The position numbers were made by a program, and so were the translations under genes. The notes under the pieces are model-generated. The model saw nothing but the letters and a program-made list of their open reading frames with translations. It ran no database searches and was not told the DNA's origin. A DNA stretch of 64,000 nucleotides from an uncultured Clostridia bacterium (GTDB lineage Bacteria > Bacillota > Clostridia > Christensenellales > CAG-314), in contig CANQGO010000005.1 in the NCBI GenBank assembly GCA_947623225.1, positions 423-64,422 on the forward strand, written 5' to 3'. Within the stretch, counting starts at the first letter, position 1. The number at the start of each line of letters is the position of its first letter. Shown here in pieces: positions 17,472-26,149 of this stretch.

Positions 17472-18443
17472 TTATTGTTTGTGTACCACGATCTGGGGGA
17501 AGGGAATGCCGATACCGTTCTCGTCGAACATATTCTTGACGGCGGCATTGAGTTCTCTGCCGGCGGCGAATATGTCCGCTTCCTTGCAGGAGCAGCTGAA
17601 GCGCAGCGTCACGCCGCTGGCTCCGAGGCTGGTCACGCCGTCGTAGGTCACTTCACCCACGGCGTGTTCCACTTTCAGCTTGGACAGGTGCTTGCGAATG
17701 ATCTTCTCCGTCTCGGGCAGGCGTGCGCCGTACTCCACGTCGATGAAGGTGTGGGCGTAGCTCAACTCGGTATCGTGGTTGATGACGCCGCGCAGGTCGC
17801 TGTTGTTGAATATCTTCACGTCGCCGAAGGAGCGTACCTTGGTGGTGCGGATACCTATGCCTATCACCTCGCCGTGGAAGTCGCCCACGGTGATATAGTC
17901 ACCGACATTGAATTCGTTTTCGAATACGATGAACAGTCCCGCGACTATATCCGCGATGAGGCTCTGCATACCGAGACCGACTATGAGGGTGAGCACTCCC
18001 GCGCCGGTGATGAGGGCGGTGGTGTCCACGCCGAAGGCGGACAGGACGATGATTATCAATATGAGTGCCGTCACCCAGTTGAGCAGGTTGCATATCAGGC
18101 TGGAGATGGTCAGACCCCTGTGCGTCTTGCCGAAGGACTTGCGGATGATGAGGGACGCGATGGTGACGATCAGCAGCAGCACCGTCACCGACTGGATGCA
18201 CTTGATGAGGGTGGGCACCAGCATGATGAGTTTGTCAAAAAACAGCGAATCTGTGCCGGGAGTGGCTGTCGCGGGATCGCCGTCTACCATAGTAGAGGGA
18301 TCGAGGAACCAGTTGACGGCGGGATCCGTGCTGAAGAGTGGTTCGTAAAATACGTAGCTCAGTACCGTGATGATCAGCATGACGGCGAGTATCACCAGTC
18401 GGGCGGGACTCACCGCACGCAGGCGTTTGTTTTCTTTGGACAT
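17472..18443 (-). CDS. small-conductance mechanosensitive channel (MscS family)
   Basis: N-terminal TM helices plus LIADIVAGLFIVFENEFNVGDYITVGDFHGEVIGIGIRTTKVRSFGDVKIFNNSDL. Start taken at MSKENKRL (ATG 18443). Confidence 0.85.
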   Translation of the reverse strand: MSKENKRLRAVSPARLVILAVMLIITVLSYVFYEPLFSTDPAVNWFLDPSTMVDGDPATATPGTDSLFFDKLIMLVPTLIKCIQSVTVLLLIVTIASLIIRKSFGKTHRGLTISSLICNLLNWVTALILIIIVLSAFGVDTTALITGAGVLTLIVGLGMQSLIADIVAGLFIVFENEFNVGDYITVGDFHGEVIGIGIRTTKVRSFGDVKIFNNSDLRGVINHDTELSYAHTFIDVEYGARLPETEKIIRKHLSKLKVEHAVGEVTYDGVTSLGASGVTLRFSCSCKEADIFAAGRELNAAVKNMFDENGIGIPFPQIVVHKQ

Positions 18444-18571
18444 ATGTACCTCCGTGTATGTGATGAGTCCATTATACACCCGTATGCCTTTTGAGGCAAG
18501 CGCGTAGTGCTTTTTGCGCGTGCAAGCACTTGCAAAAATGCGGCGGATATAGTAAAATCATATATATAGTT

Positions 18572-20572
18572 ATGAAAAGAACGCTCGTATTATTTGCCAT
18601 AGTCATAGCCCTTGCGGTATGGTGCGCTCCGACTCTGTCGGGGCAAGTGGCGCATGCGGCGAGCGAGTATATGTATGAGTTTGAGTCGGGCGGCGATACG
18701 CTGTATATGCAGAATGTAGCCGACGAGCAGGAGCGCGTGATAGGCGTGAGTTTCAGCGGTAGCTACTTCGGAGATATCCCCGTGACTATGGAGGTGTACG
18801 CCGTGGGGGACAAGCCGCTGGACTTCAATATAGGCGGCACGCTCACGAGCGAGCAGAGAGCCTTGCGCGAGGACCTGGCGGATATGTTCGGCAGGATACA
18901 CGCCTTCATCGAGAGGATAGACGGCTTGGCGAATACGAGCTACGACGGCACGGACAAGCCGGCTTCGGACGTGTACAGGTACAACAACGCGGAGCAGGGA
19001 CAGCGTATAGAGATAGCGCGCGAGACGTACGAGATGCTGTGCGCGGCGAAGGAAATGTACGAGTTGACGGACGGAGCGTTCGATCCGGCAGTATACAGGC
19101 TGGTGGACTTGTGGGGATTCTCGTCGAGGATATACTCGCGCGGAGAGTTCGGCTTGCCCTACGACAGAGAGGTGAGCGCGGAGGAGTTCTTCACCAACGG
19201 TATGCCCTTGCCGGAGGAGAAGTATATAGAGGCGTTCTCCGCGGCGGAGTTTGTCGACTTTTCGGACAGTGCGGTGGTACTGGATACCGACGGCGGCTAC
19301 GGCGTGACCAAGAACGTACCGCCTGCCGTGGTGGACGGAGTGAGTTTCGGACAATGGATAGACCTGGGCGGCATAGCCAAGGGCTACGTGGTGGACGGGA
19401 TACGAGATATATTCGCCGAGCAGGGCATAGACCGCTTCTATGTGAGTGCCGGCGGCAGCAGCGTGGCGTACGGAAAGGACTATGACGGCACGGACAGCGT
19501 GCTGGGCATAGCGGACGCCTTCGACCCTATGTCGGCGTTGTATGCTACGCCGCTTTTCAGCCTGGAAGTGGGCGAGAGCAGCGTATCCACCAGCGGACAA
19601 AATGTGCGCAAGTACACCCGCGACGGCGTGGAGTATGCGCATATATTGGACGGAGAGACGGGCGCGCCTGCGCAGACGGGCGTCAGGAGCGTCACGGTGA
19701 TAGTGCCCAAGGAGCAGGGTCTCGACTGGGCGACCAAGGGGGACTGCCTGACCACCGCGCTGACGGTGATGGGCAGAGACGGCATCATCCGCCTTATCAA
19801 CGACTACTTCGACGAGCGGGGCATACTCGTGGCTGTGGAGTACGAGACGGCGGACGGCAGAAAGCAACTGCTGACCAACATTCCGAGAGAGGCTATCACG
19901 GCAAAAGCGGACAGTTTCGCCGAGTACGGCTGGGCACTGACCGCCACGGACAATGGGTTTGTGTACGACGCGAACGCCACGGGCGAACAGACCGCCCCGC
20001 GCAATACATACCGCGTATGGCTGATAGTCCTCGGCTGTATACTGGGCGCGGCTGCGGTGGCGTTGGTCATATACCGACTGGTCAAGGGCGGCGGCAGAAC
20101 GCTCAGGAACGTGCGTAATGCGCGCAGAGATAAGCCCTTTAAGCTCGGAGATATACTTATATATATGGGCGTGGTGCTGCTCATACTCGTACTGTTCGGC
20201 GTGTTCGTACTGGGAGATACGGGCAAGGGCGACATACAGCGCGTGAACGTGATAGACGAGCGCACGGGCGAGATACTGTTCGTATACAATACCGTCCGCG
20301 ACGAGTACACGGTCAACAGCACCAACTCCGGCGGTTGGCAGATAGAGGTAGAGGACATCTCCGGCGGCATACGTGTGACTCTGTACCGTACGGTGGACGG
20401 AGAAGAGAGGTACAACCAACTGACGGTGATGAGGGGCAGGGACGCTTCCGTGAAGATGACGGACAGCGTATGCGGCTTCCACCAGGACTGCGTGCGCAAC
20501 TTCCCCGAGATCAAGCGCGCCGGCGGCGTGATAGTATGCAGTCCAAATATGCTGAAGGTGGTGACGTTATGA
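18572..20572 (+). CDS. ApbE-family FAD:protein FMN transferase fused through two TM helices to a NusG_II (DUF1312-like) domain, 666 aa
   Basis: Signal peptide MKRTLVLFAIVIALAVWCAPTLSGQVAHA. ApbE motifs TDGAFDPAVYRLVDLWGF, DLGGIAKGYVVD and VSTSGQNVRKY..YAHILD. TM helices lie at about aa 478-500 and 527-550. The C-terminus RVNVIDERTGEILFVY...QIEVEDISGGIRV...VCSPNMLKV resembles NusG domain II. Confidence 0.75.
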   Translation: MKRTLVLFAIVIALAVWCAPTLSGQVAHAASEYMYEFESGGDTLYMQNVADEQERVIGVSFSGSYFGDIPVTMEVYAVGDKPLDFNIGGTLTSEQRALREDLADMFGRIHAFIERIDGLANTSYDGTDKPASDVYRYNNAEQGQRIEIARETYEMLCAAKEMYELTDGAFDPAVYRLVDLWGFSSRIYSRGEFGLPYDREVSAEEFFTNGMPLPEEKYIEAFSAAEFVDFSDSAVVLDTDGGYGVTKNVPPAVVDGVSFGQWIDLGGIAKGYVVDGIRDIFAEQGIDRFYVSAGGSSVAYGKDYDGTDSVLGIADAFDPMSALYATPLFSLEVGESSVSTSGQNVRKYTRDGVEYAHILDGETGAPAQTGVRSVTVIVPKEQGLDWATKGDCLTTALTVMGRDGIIRLINDYFDERGILVAVEYETADGRKQLLTNIPREAITAKADSFAEYGWALTATDNGFVYDANATGEQTAPRNTYRVWLIVLGCILGAAAVALVIYRLVKGGGRTLRNVRNARRDKPFKLGDILIYMGVVLLILVLFGVFVLGDTGKGDIQRVNVIDERTGEILFVYNTVRDEYTVNSTNSGGWQIEVEDISGGIRVTLYRTVDGEERYNQLTVMRGRDASVKMTDSVCGFHQDCVRNFPEIKRAGGVIVCSPNMLKVVTL

Positions 20573-21240
20573 GAGGCAGCAAGTTCTTTTCCGCCCGTAG
20601 GATAGCCACCCTCGCGGTGCTGACGGCTATGGGGCTTATAATGTTCATGGTGGAGAGCCTGTTTCCACCGCTGTTTTTGCCCGGTGCCAAGATGGGACTG
20701 TCCAATATATTCTCCCTGCTGACTCTGTTCGTACTGGGACCGACGGAGGCGTTCATATCCGTCATCGTGAGAACGACCTTGGGCAGCATGTTCACGGGCA
20801 ATATAAGTACCCTTATGTACAGCCTGACTGCAGGCATAGTGGCTGTGAGCGTGTCGGCGGTATTGGAAGAATTTCTCTATCCGCGCGTGTCCATAGTGGC
20901 TATATCCGTAGTCGCGGCGGTCATGCACAATCTGGCGCAGAATATCGTGTTCTGCCTCGCCAGCAATACTCCCGAGATGTTTGCCTATATGCCCTGGCTG
21001 GCACTCATAGGCGTGGTGGCGGGTATCATCGTGGGCTTCGCGGTGTGGTTCATCCTCCGCGCCGTCCCTGCCAAGGTATTCATAGGTGCGGCAGACTTCG
21101 GCGACGATACGCCCGCTCCGCCTGCAACGGTAGAAGAGACTACCCAAGATACGTCGGATAGCGAAGATACGACGGAAGAAAATGCGTCGGAGACCGAAGA
21201 GACTACTCAGGAGGAGTCGGAGACGGACGACGAGCAATAG
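20569..21240 (+). CDS. Gx transporter family / heptaprenyl-diphosphate-synthase-component-I-like membrane protein with an acidic tail
   Basis: MRGSKFFSARRIATLAVLTAMGLIMFMVESLFPPLFLPGAKMGLSNIFSLL is typical of PF07456-type proteins. The ATG overlaps the ApbE-fusion stop (ATGA). Confidence 0.65.
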   Translation: MRGSKFFSARRIATLAVLTAMGLIMFMVESLFPPLFLPGAKMGLSNIFSLLTLFVLGPTEAFISVIVRTTLGSMFTGNISTLMYSLTAGIVAVSVSAVLEEFLYPRVSIVAISVVAAVMHNLAQNIVFCLASNTPEMFAYMPWLALIGVVAGIIVGFAVWFILRAVPAKVFIGAADFGDDTPAPPATVEETTQDTSDSEDTTEENASETEETTQEESETDDEQ

Positions 21241-21267
21241 ACAGGGCTGAAAGTACAAAAAATAAGA

Positions 21268-21315
21268 CCCCGTGCGGGTGCAGTCTGCGGACTTGCGTCG
21301 GGCACGGGGCTTTTT
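21268..21315. terminator. bidirectional terminator
   Basis: CCCCGTGC ... GCACGGGG, followed by TTTTT and preceded by an A-run. It sits between convergent genes. Confidence 0.65.
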
Positions 21316-21329
21316 GTATGCAGTGAGCG

Positions 21330-23039
21330 TCAGTCGTCGCCGCCCAGCATCTCCAGTTTGTCCTTCGGAGCGGTGGGCTTGCTGTCGCCGTGTCGTACGA
21401 AGAGCATAGTGACGAAGGAGGCTGCGGCGAAGAACGCGCCGTAGGGGAAGAGCACGGACATGGAGCCGAATGCGTCCATGAGCGCGCCGGAAAGTATGGG
21501 AGTGATGACCTGTGCCGCCATGGAAGCGGTGTAGTAGAAGCCGGTGTATTTGCCGATATCGCCGCCCTTGGACATCTCTACCACCATGGGGAAGCTATTG
21601 ACATTGATGGTCGCCCAGCCTATACCTGCCAGGGCGAAGAGCAGCCACAGCAGCCAACTTGGGCTGGCGGCGGTGATGAATATCGCGCCGAAGAAGGCAC
21701 CCGTCAGCATGGCAATGCCGCCGAGAATGCACTTTTTGCGGCCGATCTTGCTCGCCAGCAAGCCTACGGGCACGTATGCGACTATAGCCGCGCCTTGGGC
21801 TATCATCAGGGTGGTGTTGTAGTCCTTGTTGAGTACGTTGAGCGCGTAGACGCTGTATTTGCTGGTGATGGCGTTGTAGCCGGTGAACCACAGCGCGACG
21901 GAAGCGAGTATGAGTATGAGGGAACGCAGTTGACCCTTGGACAGTTTGCCGTGGGCGGCCTGCGGCTCCTCGTCGGGAGCGGACTGCTTGTCCAACTCCG
22001 CCTGCGCCTCCAGCATATCCGCGTTCCAGCGACGTTCCTTCACGGTGAAGGCAAATACCACCAACGCTATGAGCATGATACCGCATACGGCACCGACGAA
22101 GCCGGTGTAGCTCATCAGTTGGTTTTTGACGTCGCCTGTAGCGAATAGCTTGCCCAGCAATAGCACCAGCAAGCCGCCGGCGGTACCCATCAGGTTGATA
22201 ACGGCGTTGGCTTTGCTGCGCAGAGGCTTGACGGTCACGTCCGGCATGAGTGCCACGGCAGGCGAGCGGAATGTCGCCATAGCCACCAGCGTGACAAGCA
22301 GAACCGCGATGAACAGTACCAGTACCTGCCAATTGGCGGCGGTCACCTGCTTGGCGAATTGCGCCTCGGCGTCGCTGACCAGAGCGGAGTAGGCATTGGA
22401 AGTACGCGCGGTCACTTCCGTGCCGTCGGTGTACAATACCTTTTTGTCCGCCGTCTTGTAGCACAGGCGGTAACTCTGCGCCTGATCGCCCGCGGGCTTG
22501 GAGTAGGTGTACAGCGTATCGTAGTCGAGCGTGTGCTTGTACCAATCCTCCACCTCGCGCTGCTGCTCGGCGGTCAGACTGTCGTAGTCGCTGCCGAAGT
22601 ACATTTCTGCGGCGTAGTCGTGCACGGTGTATTGCTCCGGGACGGTGTTGTTGGTTATATTGTGATAGTCGCGGTTCTCCACCGTGTAGTTTTGGCTCCA
22701 GTAGGTCTCCTTGGTGCCTTCGCTTATCTTGTGCAGTTGCGCATTGTCCGCAAATGTCAGCCCCATAAAGCATACTATAGCCACCGCCGCGCCTATGAGA
22801 ATGAAGGGCGTGCGCTTGCCCAGCCGAGTGTCCTTTTTGTCGGACAGCGCGCCGAATAGCGGCAGCATGAACAGTGCCAATACGTTGTCCAGAGACATTA
22901 TGACGCCCGACCAGCCCTGGCTCAGTCCGAATTTGTTGGTGAGCATCAGGGGGACTATGGTGTCATACGCCTGCCAGAATGCGGATATGAGGAAGAAGGC
23001 AAAGCCTACGAGTATGGTGCGTTTGTAATTCAATTTCAT
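21330..23039 (-). CDS. MFS transporter with a roughly 145-aa extracytoplasmic insertion between TM3 and TM4
   Basis: Start at MKLNYKRTILVGFAFF (ATG 23039). Loop 2-3 motif GALSDKKDTRLGKR. About 12 TM helices. The track ORF extends spuriously upstream to 23774. Confidence 0.8.
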   Translation of the reverse strand: MKLNYKRTILVGFAFFLISAFWQAYDTIVPLMLTNKFGLSQGWSGVIMSLDNVLALFMLPLFGALSDKKDTRLGKRTPFILIGAAVAIVCFMGLTFADNAQLHKISEGTKETYWSQNYTVENRDYHNITNNTVPEQYTVHDYAAEMYFGSDYDSLTAEQQREVEDWYKHTLDYDTLYTYSKPAGDQAQSYRLCYKTADKKVLYTDGTEVTARTSNAYSALVSDAEAQFAKQVTAANWQVLVLFIAVLLVTLVAMATFRSPAVALMPDVTVKPLRSKANAVINLMGTAGGLLVLLLGKLFATGDVKNQLMSYTGFVGAVCGIMLIALVVFAFTVKERRWNADMLEAQAELDKQSAPDEEPQAAHGKLSKGQLRSLILILASVALWFTGYNAITSKYSVYALNVLNKDYNTTLMIAQGAAIVAYVPVGLLASKIGRKKCILGGIAMLTGAFFGAIFITAASPSWLLWLLFALAGIGWATINVNSFPMVVEMSKGGDIGKYTGFYYTASMAAQVITPILSGALMDAFGSMSVLFPYGAFFAAASFVTMLFVRHGDSKPTAPKDKLEMLGGDD

Positions 23040-23205
23040 ACCTTGATTATACAGTATATATCCGCTTTTGTAAATCCCTTGCGCCCATTTGCTCCCGAGA
23101 GTGCGAGCCGTGCGACGGATTTCGGCAAATATCCGAAGGATCTTACTCAAAAGGGCGAAGTGGTGCGCATATGATATACGGATACTACCAAATGGAGGCA
23201 AAAAG

Positions 23206-24288
23206 TTGGATACGGGGACGAAGAACGGACGCAGATGGTCGAAGGTGGTGCTTCCCCTCATAGCGGTGACGGCGGCGGCTGTATTCGCGCTCATATGGGC
23301 ACCGGGTCGTCTGCCCGTCACGCCGAACGTGCAGAGCGGCGAGGAGTACGAGGGCATAGCGGAGTTGTGGAACGTGGAGAGCTTCGAGGGCGGTACAGGC
23401 AGCCGCGAGAGTTGGCTGAAGGCGCGCGCCGCGCGTTTCGAGAAGGAACACAAGGGCTTTTTCGTGCATGTGAGCACCCTGACGGCGGAGCAGGCGGAGG
23501 AAAAACTCCGACAGGGGGAGGGTTTCGATATGGTTTGCTTCTCGCGTGGCGTGGGAGAGTCGCTCGCGGACAAACTGGCGCAGGTGGAGAGCGGAGCGGA
23601 CATACGTGACAACTTTCTGGTGTCGGGGCAGATAGGGGGAGTGCAGTACGCGCTGCCGTTGTACACGGGAGTGTATTGCCTGTTTGCACGGGCGTCCATG
23701 CTGAGCGAGGACAGACTGCGCGAGGAGGCACTGACGCGGACGTACACGCGCAAGGTGGGCAAGACGGAAGTCACGTTGGCACCGCTGGTGTGCGGATTCG
23801 CGCCCTACGGCAGTCCGCTGTCCGCTCCGGCGATGAGCGGTATGAGAGGAAGCGTACAGGCGGACGAGAATATGACTCAGTACGCCGCGTACGAGGCATT
23901 CGTCGCCAACAGAACGGCGGTGACGCTGCTGGGCACCCAGCGGGATATGTTCCGACTGGGACAGCGGGAGCGTGACGGCAGACTGGAGAGTCTGGCGTTT
24001 CAGCCGCTGGGCGGATATACCGACCTGGTGCAGTATGTGGGTATTTCCGCAGAGACAGGCTACGCCGACGCCTGCGCCGCCTTCACGGACCAACTGCTGA
24101 GCGACGAAGCGCAGTCCGCGCTCGCGCAACTGTGCCTGTTTTCCGTGACAAGCAACCATATATACACGGAGGGCAGATTCGCCGACAGCGAGGCATTGCT
24201 GGGAGAGGCGTACGTGCCCAATGTATTCGGCGGCAGCGACGCGGTGGCACGCCAGCGCAGGATAGCACTGGAGACGTTGGCGGCGTGA
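23206..24288 (+). CDS. membrane-anchored extracytoplasmic protein, unknown function (solute-binding-protein-like by impression only)
   Basis: TTG 23206 lies 7 nt after GGAGG. N-terminal anchor WSKVVLPLIAVTAAAVFALIW. The gene ends 1 nt before murB. Confidence 0.5.
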   Translation: MDTGTKNGRRWSKVVLPLIAVTAAAVFALIWAPGRLPVTPNVQSGEEYEGIAELWNVESFEGGTGSRESWLKARAARFEKEHKGFFVHVSTLTAEQAEEKLRQGEGFDMVCFSRGVGESLADKLAQVESGADIRDNFLVSGQIGGVQYALPLYTGVYCLFARASMLSEDRLREEALTRTYTRKVGKTEVTLAPLVCGFAPYGSPLSAPAMSGMRGSVQADENMTQYAAYEAFVANRTAVTLLGTQRDMFRLGQRERDGRLESLAFQPLGGYTDLVQYVGISAETGYADACAAFTDQLLSDEAQSALAQLCLFSVTSNHIYTEGRFADSEALLGEAYVPNVFGGSDAVARQRRIALETLAA

Positions 24289-24289
24289 T

Positions 24290-25246
24290 ATGGACGTATT
24301 CGAGCAGATAAAGCGTAGAGCCGAGCGGCTGAAGATAGCCTGCGGCGAGGGGGAGAGTTTCGCCCGACTGACTACCATAGGCACCGGCGGAGACATACGT
24401 CTCACGCTCCGACCGGACAGCGTGAAGAAACTATACAAGATACTCCTGTACCTGCAGCGCAAGCACGTCCCGACGGTATTGGTGGGCAGAGGCAGCAATA
24501 TACTGGCTGCGGACGAACCGTATGAGGGCGTGGCGGTGGTGACTACGCAGGTGAACGGGCTGTGCATACGGGGCAGACGGCTGTATGCCGAGTGCGGAGC
24601 GAGCGCGCCTGCTGCGGCTGCCGCGCTTGCGGACAGGGGACTGACGGGAGGGGAATTTCTCGCCTGTCTGCCCGCTACCATAGGCGGGGCTGTGGTGGGC
24701 AATGCCGGCTGCTTCGGACAGGACGTGAGCGGCGTATTCGTACGCGCACGCGTGCTCCGTAGCGGAAAAGTACGTACGTACAGGCGCAGAGATTGCGCGT
24801 TTGCCAAGCGGTACAGCGTATTTCGCGAGGGCGGAGGCGTGGTATTGTCCGTCACGCTGCGCTTCGAGCGGTCGAGTAGCGAGCAGGTGCGGGAGAACAT
24901 AGCGCGTATGCGCCGAGTCAAGGCACAGACCCAGCCGCTGGGCGCGCGCTCTGCCGGCTGCGTGCTGTATCACGATCGCGTGGCGGTGTCGGCGTTGCTG
25001 GACAGGTGCGGACTGAAAGGCTGCCGTATAGGCGGCGCGGAAGTGTCCGCAAAACACGCGGGATTCGTTATAAATATTGACAAAGCCACCTCTTTGGATA
25101 TATACTTATTAGTACGGCGCATGCGTGACGCGCTTTGGCAAAAATACGGCATACGTGCCAAAAATGAACTTCAAGAGATAAATTTTCATCGGAATTATGA
25201 CATTTTCACAGAGTGTAAAGGCTTGGATACTGAAGAGCGTACGTAA
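24290..25246 (+). CDS. murB: UDP-N-acetylenolpyruvoylglucosamine reductase
   Basis: FARLTTIGTGGDIRL, VLVGRGSNIL and GGEFLACLPATIGGAVVGNAGCFG form an FAD-binding PCMH domain. Confidence 0.85.
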   Translation: MDVFEQIKRRAERLKIACGEGESFARLTTIGTGGDIRLTLRPDSVKKLYKILLYLQRKHVPTVLVGRGSNILAADEPYEGVAVVTTQVNGLCIRGRRLYAECGASAPAAAAALADRGLTGGEFLACLPATIGGAVVGNAGCFGQDVSGVFVRARVLRSGKVRTYRRRDCAFAKRYSVFREGGGVVLSVTLRFERSSSEQVRENIARMRRVKAQTQPLGARSAGCVLYHDRVAVSALLDRCGLKGCRIGGAEVSAKHAGFVINIDKATSLDIYLLVRRMRDALWQKYGIRAKNELQEINFHRNYDIFTECKGLDTEERT

Positions 25247-26129
25247 TGTAAAGTCCTGCTGCGCTACGGCGTTTCTGACGGCGGTGGTGAAGTCCGTCGG
25301 GTCGCTGACGATAGGGCGGGGCGGATACGGATTCAGCGTGGAGAGCGACAATGAAGAATTTCTCGGGCTGCTGAGCAATCTGGCACAGGAGCACCTCGAT
25401 GAGGAGTCGAAAACGGAAGCGTACAACCTCTCCGCCAAGGGGACGGCGGTGTACAGTTGCCGCTTCGACGCGAGCATGGGGGAGAAGTTGGGCATAGTCC
25501 TTCGGGACGCCGACGGTGCGTTGGAACTCGCGCCGGCGGAGACGTTGCTGCCGACAAAGCACTGCTGCAAGAAGGCGTTTTTGCAGGGGCTGTTCGTGTC
25601 CTGCGGCTCGGTGGTGATACCGCATCCGGATGACGTGGGCACGTCGGACAATGCGCGCTACCACCTGGAGTTGCGCTTCTCGGACGGGGAATTTGCACGG
25701 GCTGTGGAGGCGGCATATTCCGATCTGGGCTTTCGTGCCACCGCGCGGAAAAATCACACGGTGCTGTACCTGAAGGACAGCGAGAGCATATCCGATCTGC
25801 TGGTGTATGTGAATGCCACCTCGGCTAAGTTCGAGTTGGAAAATATACGCGTGATGCGCAGCATACGCAACGACGCCAACAGGCAGAGCAACTGCACCGT
25901 AGCCAATATAGAGAAGGCGGTAGCGGCGGCGGCGCGGCAGCTGGAGGCTATAGCCCTGCTGCGCAAGAAGGGGCTGTTCGATACATTGCCGGACAATCTG
26001 CGCGAGATAGCACTGGCGCGGGAAGAGTATCCCGAGGCGACGCTGGAGGAGATAGCCGCGCGACTGCACATATCCAAGAGCGGAGCCAGTCACCGCTTTG
26101 CCAAGCTGTCGGAGATAGCATTCGACTGA
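25197..26129 (+). CDS. whiA: DNA-binding protein WhiA
   Basis: MTFSQSVKAWIL...CCATAFLTAVVKSVGSL, a LAGLIDADG-like middle region, and the C-terminal HTH ATLEEIAARLHISKSGASHRFAKL. Confidence 0.85.
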   Translation: MTFSQSVKAWILKSVRNVKSCCATAFLTAVVKSVGSLTIGRGGYGFSVESDNEEFLGLLSNLAQEHLDEESKTEAYNLSAKGTAVYSCRFDASMGEKLGIVLRDADGALELAPAETLLPTKHCCKKAFLQGLFVSCGSVVIPHPDDVGTSDNARYHLELRFSDGEFARAVEAAYSDLGFRATARKNHTVLYLKDSESISDLLVYVNATSAKFELENIRVMRSIRNDANRQSNCTVANIEKAVAAAARQLEAIALLRKKGLFDTLPDNLREIALAREEYPEATLEEIAARLHISKSGASHRFAKLSEIAFD

Positions 26130-26149
26130 GGTATACTAAGGAAGAGAGT

